Shown one piece after another: positions 1-12,576 of a stretch of DNA of 64,000 bases. This stretch comes from Auanema rhodensis (lineage: Eukaryota > Animalia > Nematoda). The notes below the pieces were generated by a model. That model was not told the origin of the DNA and ran no database searches. It was given only the letters and a program-made list of their open reading frames with translations. A program made the translations under genes and the position numbers. The stretch's first letter is position 1. Every line of letters starts with the position of its first letter. The stretch lies in the NCBI GenBank assembly GCA_964057225.1, contig OZ059899.1, positions 7,130,001 to 7,194,000 on the forward strand, given 5' to 3'.

Positions 1-2602
1 TTCTGTGAGAAGTGAGGTGCTATAACCGAATTATAACCCTTTTAATCCATTTGAAGCATTTTGACAGTCGTGCGAGTGGCCGTTATTAAACGAACCGGGT
101 CTTGACACAGAAGCAGCCACAACCACCCCTTTCCCCTCATATAGGCATACACATATAATCATCACTGAGTGGTGACAGCTGTATGCAAATCGTAGGACAA
201 ATATTGGCATAACTATGCAATATCCTTATATGAATTCGATTTAAGTCATACGATTACATAATTAAAATAATGTTAGTTATGAATAGATCGTGTCCTCAAA
301 GTGGAGAAAAAGGTGAAGAAAAATTGAAATTCGCTGTTGATTTAAGCGGAAATCATAAAGTGGATACATGTAATAGATATGGTTACATCTTCTTTAATGT
401 CTGACAGCACTCATCGAGACTAGCATGATCATTTTACATATTTTGGAATAATTTGATATCAAAATTTAAAAAAAAACGTGAAAAAATTCAATTCAAGTTT
501 GATAAGTCAAAGGAAACGTCATGAGCATGAGGTTAGCATGAGAAAACAGTACTCGCTTCAAGGCCTGAATATCGGACACATATGAGAAGTCAATTTTACC
601 ATATGTTCCAGAAGGACAAACAGCAATGTGAATGACAATAAACACCACAGTCTTTCTGAACAATACCATTGATAGAAAACTATAATATCTAGGTAACACT
701 CAACAGATGGAAAAAAGAATATCTTTTGTTTCCTAAGTAGTTATTGCACGATACATAACCTAAGGGGAATCAAACCGGATATGAAAAAGCGTGAAGAACT
801 ACGAAATTTTCAAAATTTTCGCTACTTTCAGAAGTTCGAGCGTCGAAAATGCCATTAATCGTAATTCCATCTCTTCATTCATGTCTAGCCTTCTCTAGAT
901 ACGAAAATCTCAGTCCCAAAAGGGAGATACATCAAAGTCCTAACAATAAAACGCAAGCACACTTCATCAATAAAACTGCTCAGCATATCATGGTCATGAT
1001 ATATTACAATCAACTTTTTCTGCAGTATGGTCGCATGCAAATGTGATTGATATTTAAAGAGTCGTCAGAATATATTAGAATAGTATTAACTTGAATCGAA
1101 CATCTTTTGTTAATATTCGAAAGCTTGTTAGCGTATTTACTACGCTTACACACAGAAGTCTCATAAAAGATTATGATGAATTGCAACAGAATAAGTGACA
1201 CCTGAGATGCGATGCAATCCCATGGCTCTAGTGGGCTTGTTCTTCATTACTTCAACTATCCCGAATGCACGAGCATTACTACATGATCATTGAAATTACA
1301 ACCGACTGATAGGTCCGACAACTTATCACAAACTTATGGGTGACAACGATATGATGATGTTACAGGTGAAATATTAACGGAACAGGCGGTATAAACGAAT
1401 AGAAAAGAAGATATATATATATATCTATAATACAGCAAGCGGCAAGCACAAAGGTGCTTATTGCCAAATTCAAGCCAGCTAATGAACCCTAATTAATAAA
1501 TGTTATAAAGTATCTGATAGGGTAACCGCAAAACACTTGGGTTAGAACGGGCGTAACAATAATATGCGAAAAGAGAAATGTTTTAATTCAAAGACAATGT
1601 CCTTCCGAGTTTACAATTTCCAAACATGCTTGCTGAGAAATAATATACATCTCAGCCAAACCGCAATCCCAGAAAGCCAGATTATTAATATTGTTTATAA
1701 ACTATCTTGAATTATATCGAGAGTAAATCTCAAGGGTTAAGATATACATGAAAAATACCAAATGAGAATTCAATATTTAGGCTAAATGTCATGTTGAGCG
1801 CAAATCTATCTTTCTTACAGGCACTTTATAATGCCACAGATATCTTCATTTATTCAAGTAAAGCTCAAGATTATTCTTACATTTGATTAAATGAGCAAAG
1901 CGGACACCGAGGAAACTAATTTAAATGCGTTCAAGTAGGTGGTATAAGTATTTGGAACACCAGATGCTCTAATCAAGCACAAAATTCTTAAAGGAATAAG
2001 ATGGTAGCAATTTGCACAGTTAATACAATATAATGATGAACATAGTTAATTACTAGAATTAAGTTTATGTAGTACCATATGCATTTTTAATGTCGGCTGG
2101 CAAAATAAACATTTCAAAGAGAGGTCACATTTCAATTAGATTCCGCGTGCGAATACAAGAATATGAGAACCACAGGCTGGTAGTAATAAATGCTCAGGCT
2201 AATGACTAATCAATCTATATTGATTCAGATTTTAAAAATATATATGAATAACATGATAATTAGAAAACAGCACTAAATGATTACTTTAGGAACATTTTTG
2301 GTTTCGTATTGCTTGTACAGTTAGAGAATGCAAAAGACCATAACAAAAGATAAGAAACTGTCATGACCTCTGATAATATGATGAATTAACTATGTAAAGT
2401 ATTTAAGAAAACAAATATGGAACTGTGAAAATAAGGTGTAAATATATAATATTCAAATTGATAATATTAAGTTACAAAATTACTAATTAACTGCGATCTA
2501 GGTTATGAATTATGCATCATCAAGACTTACCAAACAGAGAGTATGGTTTGATTGATACGAAAACAGAAATTGATATATAATGTTTGTTTTAAAAAATATT
2601 AC

Positions 2603-3202
2603 CCATCATAGGAACTTCAACATCACCAACTTATAATTATGAACTGATAAAAATGAACGTACCAGAAAATCCAACAGCACATTGACTTGTAAATCCCGTT
2701 CCTGCTATAAAATCAAACAGGTAGCTTATAGCCACAGTTACTTGAGCAGAAACAATGGAAAAAAGAGCAAGTATACATGCAAACTTATGTGAACCCAGCC
2801 TTTGCTCTAATTTTCTTCCCTCAAATAAGCGATACTTAAAGTCGTCATAAATATTTCTTTTTTGCTTACCTTATAGAGCAAAGAAATCATATTATAATAT
2901 AAATGCATATCAGAGCCATGCATAATTATAGGAAAAATAAGACGATGCCATTCACCATTTTCAATTATTCTATATGGGAGTAAGCATAAAGACCCTGTAA
3001 AACATTGAAGTAAAGTAATCAATGTTAATATATGATTACTTGTTTTATCTAAATCTAAAAAAGGAATATATCCAAGAAATATAGCAATCTGAAGAATAAT
3101 AGCTCCAAGCGTGATAGGAGGTATCGGTCCACTATTCAGTAATTGTATTGCGAGCAGATATACACCAGTATTGTCTCTTTGCTGTCTACGACGTTGAAAC
3201 AT
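2603..3202 (-). CDS. Rhomboid protease, RHBDD1/RHBDL4-like; 5' part only, C-terminal exons not found (truncated or possibly a pseudogene)
   Basis: Spliced translation MFQRRRQQRDNTGVYLLA..IPPITL..EWHRLIFPIIMHGSDMHLYYNMISLLYK|GRKLEQRLG..CAVGFS (catalytic Ser motif). No exon with the catalytic His (GHLxG) was seen in the window. Confidence 0.75.
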
Positions 3203-4609
3203 TCTCAATCTTTCTGAATATGAAGATGGAAGAAACGACAAATCAAATCGCTATTTAGTCAACATTAAATTAAAGCCGGTTCGCATATGAAAATAAAAGA
3301 AAAATGTTGAACATGCGATATATAAATAATCAAAAGAAAAAAATATATGTATAATATAAAACAGTATTCTTGCTGCACTGCAGGAGTAATGTAGAATAAA
3401 CTTAGAATGTAATGGAATAGACAATGTCATTGTGATAGTTATGCAACGTGTACATAAAGGGCTTCTTACAAATGATGCGAATACCATTCCCACAGAAGTA
3501 TTCAAAATATTTATGTTTATCTAATCAAATTTTTGTTTGAACCTCGAACATTATAATCAAAAAATTAGCATAAGCTTTTCTCCTTGAATTCAACAACTAT
3601 CATAAACGTATTTTGTTAATTCGTGATTGCAATAATACTGTGCTCCAATGACAAAAACTTTGCTCTTATGCGAAAGTATGTTACCAACAAGAAAAAAGTA
3701 CCAAATCAAAATATTAATTATTTCATAATAGTATCAGTTTACTTTTCATTTTGAGAAATCGTATCAGATTTCTATAAAAATTGCAAGTAGCTTTTTAGTT
3801 GGCATTGAAAATATAAGGTGAAAGGAACCACATGGTCCGCCTAGAGATTATGGTACATATATGCATAGTTGTTATATATAATGTTAATTGTTATAGTTTA
3901 CTGTTACATATTGAACCAGTTGAGACTTAATAATGTAATCATAAGAATTGTAAATAAAGTCAAGCCAAAGTAATTAAATACATAAATTTCTTTAAACAAA
4001 ATATTCTATCAAATCTTTCAATATATATCCTGCGTAGTTCAAGAGAATATGTAGTTACATTGATTGACGAATGGTAGCTAAAAATAAAAAATATGACGAT
4101 TGTAGTAATGTCCGTTCAGTAAAATTTTCCAATACTGAAATTGTAACACTAAATATGAAATCAACAATCACGGAAAGAAGCTGTGATAATCCATATCCTA
4201 GACGGTATACATTGATTAATACAGTTCAATCTTATAGAATATCATGAATGTTTTCAAGCAGCATATATTGTAATTCAGACTAGACGAGTGTTTAATGATA
4301 TAGTAAACTTATCATATTTGAATGAAGCAAGGCTAGGAGATTGCATAATCAATTAAGAAATATATCTTTTCTCCCACTGAGCAAGTTGACGCTTCTGATT
4401 TCAAAGAAAAAAAAACAAAAATTATGTAGCATATCCGGAAATAATGAAATACATCTAGAAATTATTCTAAAATTTTATTATCCATCACAACAAATCACCC
4501 CGAATAATTGCACTAAGGTTAAAAGCAAAAATATACAAAGTAGAATTATATGCATTATTATAAATTAAGGCAAACGATAAGATACATACATATCACAAAC
4601 TTATGACTG

Positions 4610-7385
4610 TTACAAGAGAAGTTCTGACACCTGGAATTAGTATGAGTATTAGCATTGAATTCAAACTCAAATGATAATACCTGTTCAGCTGTTTTGAACG
4701 TAATATTTTCATATTTATTGAAAGGATCTTCTAATTTCCGAACGATAACCGCATAGGCAGCAATAACATTTTCCATTGTCCTCCTTCGCACGGAATCTCT
4801 TGATTCCAAATAATTTAAAGATGAAATAAGCTCAATATTACCTCACACGGGAACTGCTTATTTTCGATACTTGGTCTATACGACAGCTGTCTGGTTGTCC
4901 AAGAAAAGAATCAAAAGCTGTAAAGCTCTTAGTAATTGAAGCAGCTTCCATTCCAGGAATTGCAGAAAGGGGCCCCTATATTAGCTACTATCAGAAAAAA
5001 ATTTATAAATAAAACAAACTTGACTCTGATCGTGGGCAGCGGCTTTTGTGTAAATGTGAATAAGCCCAGTGGATGCTAATATAGCAGAAGCTTCTTCAGA
5101 AACTAAAACATCTTCATTTCCTTCCATCTGAAAAATAAAATAAAAAACCTAAACGGGATAATATACATACCAAAGCTTTTATCATTTCTAGTCGAGTATC
5201 AGTAAACTGATAAAGAATTACGGCAGATTGAATTGATGATAAACAATTTAACGTATAAACAGCAACATCTGAATTTTACTTTAAAATTTGGATACCGAAA
5301 AATGGCTACCTAAAGGAGAGTGTAGCTGAGTTGTTGCTATCTGAATAGCACGATAGAGAGGATCTAAGACACATGAAAAAATCTGAAAAATTCTCTTTTC
5401 ATTATTCTGAACATTGAAATTGCCTTATTAAATTCTTCTTTTGCATCCGAATTACCAGCCATAGAGCCATCATGAGTTTCAAGAACTTCTCTACAAAAAA
5501 TTGTAACGTAATTGTGAAATTAAACACTTTCACATCATTTACCTCAGTAGCATGAGTATATGATGAACAGCTTGGACAGGTAATAAGTCATAATCAGGGG
5601 CCCCCATCTTAATATATATTTTAAACACTTAATAATTATATAGATACCTTAGCTAGAATTCTTTGAACAGCATTGTTCAAACTTGTATGGAAAATATTCA
5701 GAGTTAAAGTATTTAATTCAGTAATGGTTTGAGCTATTTCACTTTCGGTGCCAATACCCGGTCTGAATAATATATCTAATAAAATATAATCAGTTTAACT
5801 TACATAATTTTTCCAGCATAAAAAGTAAACAGAGCAGATAAACTATACAATACCACTGGGTCAGTTTCATTAGCTAAAGCTTGTTCTACTCTGATCTACA
5901 TGAATACAAATTAATCTAAAATAAGAAATAAAAGTATACCTTGAATGGACGACAAAGAGCTGAAGAAATTTGAGCAAGAACTTGTAAAGAATTGTCTTTA
6001 AAAACTGAAAATTCGATATTATATTTAACTACTAAACCATACAAAAACCTTCTTCTTTGCATTCTTTTAAAAGCATTTGAAGCAGTTCTCTTTCACCTTC
6101 AATAGCTTCATAAATCCAAGCAAGCATATCCCCAAGATATCTAAAATAAAATAATTGTAATAATTAGACAAAAAGCATCTACCTCTGTGGATCATGACTC
6201 ATAAGTTCTATAGGTTTTCCACCACCATGTACTCCTTTAGTTAAAGCATCAATATAGAGTCGCAAAATTTGATTTTTTCGAGCAGTACAAAACTCGTCTT
6301 AACAAAACAAAAATAGAAGCATCTATGATTAATAACTAACCAAGAGAATATTTCAATAAAACCTCTCGATCCTGTAATGCAGCAAAGGAAAGGCATAGAA
6401 TATGCTTTAGTTCGACATAATCCATATTTAATATACGACATTCCCCTATAACAAAACATATATTGAAGAAAAAATAAACACCATACGTTGAATGCTTCTG
6501 TACAAAACCTCATAAGCTTTTTCCATTTTATTAGACATATCCTCCATGACTTCCAAACTGAAAGAAGCAACTTTTCGCTATTTAGAATATAAAAAACTCA
6601 CGCTGCCGAATGTTCTCCACTTGATCTTAATAAATTTTTGCTTTGTGAATATATTTCTTTAACTCTATTAAGTGCGGGGAAAAAGTCAGTTGTTACCGTA
6701 CCATCTAATAAAATTTGCATAATACAAAAGCTTTCTTTCATAAACAAACCTGTCTGATTTCCTTCCAACGCTTTTGTTTCAGCATCACTTAAAGAATATT
6801 TTCCTAGAAACTCTTCAATGGTTTTCTGTTTCGTCTCCAAGTGTTTTCTTTAAAAAATATATTAAATAAGTTCACTAAAAAGAAATAGAACTTTTGATGC
6901 TGCAAAGCACTCGTTTTGCTAAGAAGATCTTGAGTTTTCTCTTTATTTTGTTGTATTCTATTCGTCAAATCAGAACAGATGCAGTGCATGAGCCTCACCT
7001 TATTTGCAAAATCTTGCACATAGCAGTTCATCTGAAAAAAATTTCAATGTATTTTTTCAAGCAAAACGAATAATTCTACTTTTTCAAACTCCATAAGAAA
7101 TTCCTTATTTAAATCTACTTCCCTTTGCTCTAATTTTCTCATTAATCTTCGTTCTGTGTGCATATCAATGTCACTAACCATGGGTGACACATAATCAACC
7201 ATTTGAAGAAATTCCTGTAATGTTTGCAATATTTTCTTACAATATATAAAACCTACAGCATCATTATGCAATCGACTAGCTACTAGTTTATCTATCTTTT
7301 TCTTCAATGGATTATTTGATGCAGTAAGTGGAGGAAGAGTTTCTACTTTAGCAGTAGAAGTGGTTCGAGTTTTGTCCTCCTCCAT
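4610..7385 (-). CDS. cogc-6: Conserved oligomeric Golgi complex subunit 6 (multi-exon)
   Basis: Exons give [53 protein letters not shown] and the C-terminal TAEQVSELLL*. A TTTTCAG acceptor lies just before the ATG. Confidence 0.92.
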
Positions 7386-8945
7386 TACCTGAAAATAATG
7401 CCTGCGGATAGTTTTATAAAACAACATATATATGAAAAAAAGTCATAATTCAATTCCTGATTACTGATCTGGAATTCTGAATTCAAAGTTTTTTAATCAA
7501 TTTAAGTGAATTAATTTGTATAATCTATTATGTGAATTCCACGTTGAGCAGTTGATGAACTTCTATTTTCAACTACACGCCACTAACCGAAAGTTTGTAA
7601 ACAACACTAGCTTCCCAATTGCGGCAGGGCCAAAGGGAGATTAACTAAAAATGTTAACTATATTTTAACATATTTCAATTTTAATTTATTGTATGAAATA
7701 ACTTAAATTCAATAATAATTTATTATGTTTTCATTTTGTAACATCTTCCTATCTAAGATTATATGTGTCATACATGAGTTGAATGTCCATCTCCCAAGAA
7801 ATCAAATAATGAAGTATCATAGTCAAACATTTCTGCTCCGTCACTTTCACCGATTTGATAAAACATTGGAATCTACAAAATATATTTAGTGACCAAATAA
7901 AAAAAAGTATCCTACTTCATGATGATTGGGGTTTTCTCAAAATAGCATAGAGATGCTCAAATGACATGATTGAAAAAAATTTTATTTATAATATTAAATA
8001 AACAAAATATTCACCTACTGAAAAATTCAAAGATGTTGGTGATTACCACAGAGACTAACGTTATTAGCCATGTGAGGCACCTTGATCAAGACTACTAAAA
8101 TTTCTTCTCCTTCTTGAAGAAAAGCAGCTTGAACACTTTGAAGGTCATTTGGATTCAAATTAACTGAATAGATAGCTAATCCAGGTTTTAAAATTAATTT
8201 ATACAGAGAGAAGAACTGTTGAGTTTATTTAAGTGCAACGCACAAGACCCTCGTAAACAGCACACACTTGAACTATTAATTTATAGTAGATATGACTGCA
8301 TAAATTGGATCATATATTTTAAATTGTGAAGCATAGTTTTGCCTGTAATTTCAGGCTTACTTTATCTTTTCTGCAGTTCAAGATTGCGGCTTACTTATGT
8401 TCTACTACAAACTATATCTGTTTTTGTGAAAAAAATTGTTTTTTTGAGTCAATATGTTGTTAATAAGAGCTTCTGTATAAATTTATGTAAACAGAAGGAA
8501 TTTTATTTTTTTTAATCGGAATGAATTAGAAGTAATATTATACTTGAATATAAGGTTGTATGGTATTTGAGAACAGCTTGTATTTTGGATAGTGAAGCTT
8601 ATAATTTTCCCCCTTGACCCCACACCTTGATATCTCTGATCAATGTTATAAATGTTCTATCTATCTCTCTTTGTTTCACATTTTCTTCTACTACTATTGG
8701 AACATTATTATGTCCTTTTTTCACCGACGCAATAATGCAGGAAATGTTCTTTATGGGCTTTCTCTTACATTACTTTTGAATCAAATGTGAGAGCCCTTTA
8801 GCAAAACAATAATTAATTCTGAAACTATTATCACTAAAACATTTTAATACGAAATATAAAATTATCTATGAATATGTGCTATATTTTATTTTAAATAATT
8901 TATTAAATAAGTGAAACTGTTAATTTATTCTGATTTTTGCTTAGA

Positions 8946-11900
8946 ATGGATTTATTGGGTACCAGTAGGGCGTACATCAAAGATATGGTCTCCTTAGCGG
9001 GACCACAAATGAAGGTCATACTTATGGATAAAGAAACAGTAAGCTTTTTACCTATATTTAAATAAAAACAAATTTTTCAGACAAGCATTGTTTCCTGTGC
9101 TTTTGCACAATCAGAGATGATGCAGAAAGAGGTGCATTTTATTTGTTACTTTATTTAATTGTACCATTTATAAAGGTTTATTTATTTGAACGTATTGATT
9201 CACCGGTTCCTCGGGAACCTATAAAGCATTTGAAATGTATAGTTTTTCTCCGACCAACTCCTGATAATGTACAACTCCTGTCTGAAGAGTTAAGAAATCC
9301 AAAATATGCACAATACTATATTTGTAAGTTATTCTAATAACCTTATCAAAAAAAGTAATTTTTAAAGATTTCTCCAATATAATTAGTAAAACTGACCTGA
9401 AGTCTTTGGCAGAAGCAGATGAACAAGAAACAGTCCGAGAAGTTCACGAATATTTTGTTGATAGTATATCATTATGTGCTCATCTCTTCATACTCAATCA
9501 AAAAATTGTATACGACAGTATGTTTCGGTTAACAACGCCATCGTTCCTGAGAATTAAGCAATCGCTCACTGCTCTGCTGCTTAGTCTCAAAAAAAGAGCT
9601 GTAATCAGGTAAAAATTATTCATCATTTCTTGCTCTATATAAGTTTCAGATATCAAAGATCATCAGAAGATTGTCATCGACTTGCTGAAGAAATAAGTCA
9701 AGTTGTCAGAAGGGAGGAAGGATTGTTCGAAAATACTAAGCAAGATACTCTCCTCCTTATTATCGATAGGAGTGAGGATCCAGTTTCACCTCTTCTCAAT
9801 CAATGGACTTATGAAGCAATGGTAAAAAGTAATTAGTTACTTTCTTCATAAAGTATTTTTGTTCAGGTGCACGAACTAATTACTATTTCAAATAATCGAG
9901 TTTGCGTTGAGGGCCAGAGTATGGTTTTGAATGAGCTCCATGATGATTTTTATGCGAAAGTAGTTTACCCTTGGAAGTTCTCGAAGTTCATTAATATATT
10001 CTCAGAACGTTGCCATGAATTTTGGAGAAATCGGACAAAATATCAAAATATTAATGAATGAGTTTCAACAAAAAGCTCAAATTCATAAGAATTTAGAGTC
10101 AATCGCGGATATGAAAAATTTTGTGGAAGAATATCCTCAATTCAAAAAAATATCAGGTTAGCGCAAATTTATTAATGTAATTTTTACGTTTTTTGCGTGC
10201 CATATTTTAATTTCAAATTACTTTATTCACGTAAATTACACGTTTTTCTACCATTTTGAATTTGTCAAGGCGGTGCTTAGCTGTATTCATTGATAGTTTA
10301 CTATCTTTTTTAGTTTATAATTAATTAATTATTTAGTTCTTTTAAGGAACTGTTTCTAAGCATGTAACATTAGTGGGGGAGCTAAGTAAACTAGTTAGCA
10401 ATCAGAATCTGTTGGAAGTATCTGAGGTTTAATGCATTTACATAAACTGCTAAATATTTACTTCTTATTTAGGTTGAGCAGTCAATTGTGGCCGAAGGAG
10501 ATCATACAAGATGCCTAGAAAGAGTTAAGGAGCTTCTTAGTCATCCTAAAATCACTCGTTTGGTTTGTTTGGAAACCTAGAAACATATAAATACAAAATA
10601 TTCCCATTTCAGAATGCTTTACGGCTTGTTCTTTTGTATTCATTACGTTTTGAAACATATAATAATAACGAAATATCTAATTTAGTCAATATGTTACGTG
10701 CTAAGGTTTGCTTTAAAAAACGTTTTTATTCGTAGTTGCCTCTTTCTTAGGATACTTCTGCTGCTAGCATAGTCAGATCTTTACTAAAGTTCGCTGGACA
10801 TTCAAGACGTTCTAATGATCTTTTCGGACAAGGCTCTACCATGGAAATGACAAAAAGGTAAACAAAAGCTTGCAAAGTTACCAAAACCCAAAGGTATCAT
10901 TTAGGTTTATAAAAGGACTCAAAGGGGTAGAAAATATTTATACACAGCATGAACCGTATATAAAGGAGGTAGTAGATAACCTGGTTAGAGGACGACTCTC
11001 TGATCAAGGATATCCTTATGTATCGGGGGAAGTTGGAAGGTTTATTTATATTAGTGTGTATGGTGTAAACGAGTGTTTTAGTTTTCGACAGGAAAATGTA
11101 ATCATATTTATTGTTGGTGGAGCAACATTTGAAGAATCCGTATACATCCGAAACATGAACGAAAAAAGGTAAAATTTATCTTACTTTGTTCAAATTATAG
11201 TGCTTTGAATCTGTTTCAGAGCGCAAGGGAGCGGTGGTCCTGCAATTGTTTTAGGAAGCACTTTTATGCACAACGCTGCTAGGTACGTCTCTTTCTCATT
11301 AACAATCGTGCACGTAATAATACATCATGTGTTCCTATCTGAAAACTTTTGGCTGTAAACTCATATGAAATACGGCGCGTTGTTAGATAGGGAAAGACAG
11401 CATAGTTGCCCCTTCGTCAGTGATGATAAAACAAGGAATGGTTTCGCAAAAATTTACAGCAGAAAGATTAACTGTTGAAATCCTTGGCTGTCTGAGACAA
11501 TTTTTGTAAATTTTAAATTTAATATATTACGGTATGTACAGTACGTATTTACTGATCATTTTTCAATTATTGTTAATAGTAAAGTATGATTTGAGTCAAA
11601 CGGTTTTTCCTCTTGGACTTCTGAGCACTCATACAACATACGATGCTACCTTTTATGGGATTGAAAAATGGTGCTTTAGGGGTAGTTCGGTGATGATAAA
11701 ACAAGGAATGGTTTCGCAAAAATTTACAGCAGAAAGATTAACTGTTGAAATCCTTGGCTGTCTGAGACAATTTTTGTAAATTTTAAATTTAATATATTAC
11801 GGTATGTACAGTACGTATTTACTGATCATTTTTCAATTATTGTTAATAGTAAAGTATGATTTGAGTCAAACGGTTTTTCCTCTTGGACTTCTGAGCACTC

Positions 11901-12576
11901 ATACAACATACGATGCTACCTTTTATGGGATTGAAAAATGGTGCTTTAGGGGTAGTTCGGTGATGATAAAACAAGGAATGGTTTCGCAAAAATTTACAGC
12001 AGAAAGATTAACTGTTGAAATCCTTGGCTGTCTGAGACAATTTTTGTAAATTTTAAATTTAATATATTACGGTGTGTACAGTACGGATTTACTGATCATT
12101 TTTCAATTATTGTTAATAGTAAAGTATGATTTGAGTCAAACGGTTTTTCCTCTTGGACTTCTGAGCACTCATACAACATACGATGCTACCTTTTATGGGA
12201 TTGAAAAATGGTGCTTTAGGGGTAGTTCGGTGATGATAAAACAAGGAATGGTTTCGCAAAAATTTACAGCAGAAAGATTAACTGTTGAAATCCTTGGCTG
12301 TCTGAGACAATTTTTGTAAATTTTAAATTTAATATATTACGGTATGTACAGTACGTATTTACTGATCATTTTTCAATTATTGTTAATAGTAAAGTATGAT
12401 TTGAGTCAAACGGTTTTTCCTCTTGGACTTCTGAGCACTCATACAACATACGATGTTGGACTTCCTGTTAATAACAAAATTTGCTAAAATTCATGTTATT
12501 TTATTGCGACTAGTGGTAATAGTATAGTTACAACATTTTCAGCTTTATTGATCAACTCTCTGTTGGAGCAATCTAA
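8946..12576 (+). CDS. vps-45: Sec1/Munc18 family protein VPS45 (multi-exon; last intron 11283-12542)
   Basis: [79 protein letters not shown]. Confidence 0.96.
11416..11498 (+). ncRNA. Box C/D snoRNA, SNORD53/SNORD92-like, copy 1
   Basis: C box GTGATGA 11420-11426, D box CTGA 11492-11495, terminal stem GTC/GAC. Guide TCCTTGGCTGT next to the D box plus internal TGGTTTCGC are complementary to the conserved LSU rRNA segment GCGAAACCACAGCCAAGGGA. Confidence 0.88.
11690..11768 (+). ncRNA. Box C/D snoRNA, SNORD53-like, copy 2
   Basis: Identical to copy 1 from C box to D box; 5' flank differs, giving a weaker terminal stem. Confidence 0.8.
11960..12038 (+). ncRNA. Box C/D snoRNA, SNORD53-like, copy 3
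   Basis: Identical C box, guides and D box. Confidence 0.8.
12230..12308 (+). ncRNA. Box C/D snoRNA, SNORD53-like, copy 4
   Basis: Identical C box, guides and D box. Confidence 0.8.

Larger units (their letters stand above)
11420..12455 (+). repeat. Tandem repeat, 270-bp period, about 3.8 near-identical units, inside the last vps-45 intron
   Basis: Unit starts (TGATGATAAAACAAGG) at 11421, 11691, 11961, 12231. Only two substitutions seen (12074, 12086). Confidence 0.98.

Noticed and set aside
1-2500. Short ORFs and scattered ATGATGA/CTGA words (e.g. 1173-1308)
   Set aside because: No consistent exon chain, and no convincing rRNA-complementary guide or terminal stem.
7740-8160. Exon-like pieces on - between cogc-6 and vps-45
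   Set aside because: Stops interrupt every spliced frame tried; no recognisable product.
11534-12319. Three near-identical 81-aa ORFs
   Set aside because: By-products of the intronic 270-bp repeat; they overlap the snoRNA copies and have no protein-like features. Not a CRISPR array either, since the spacers are identical.
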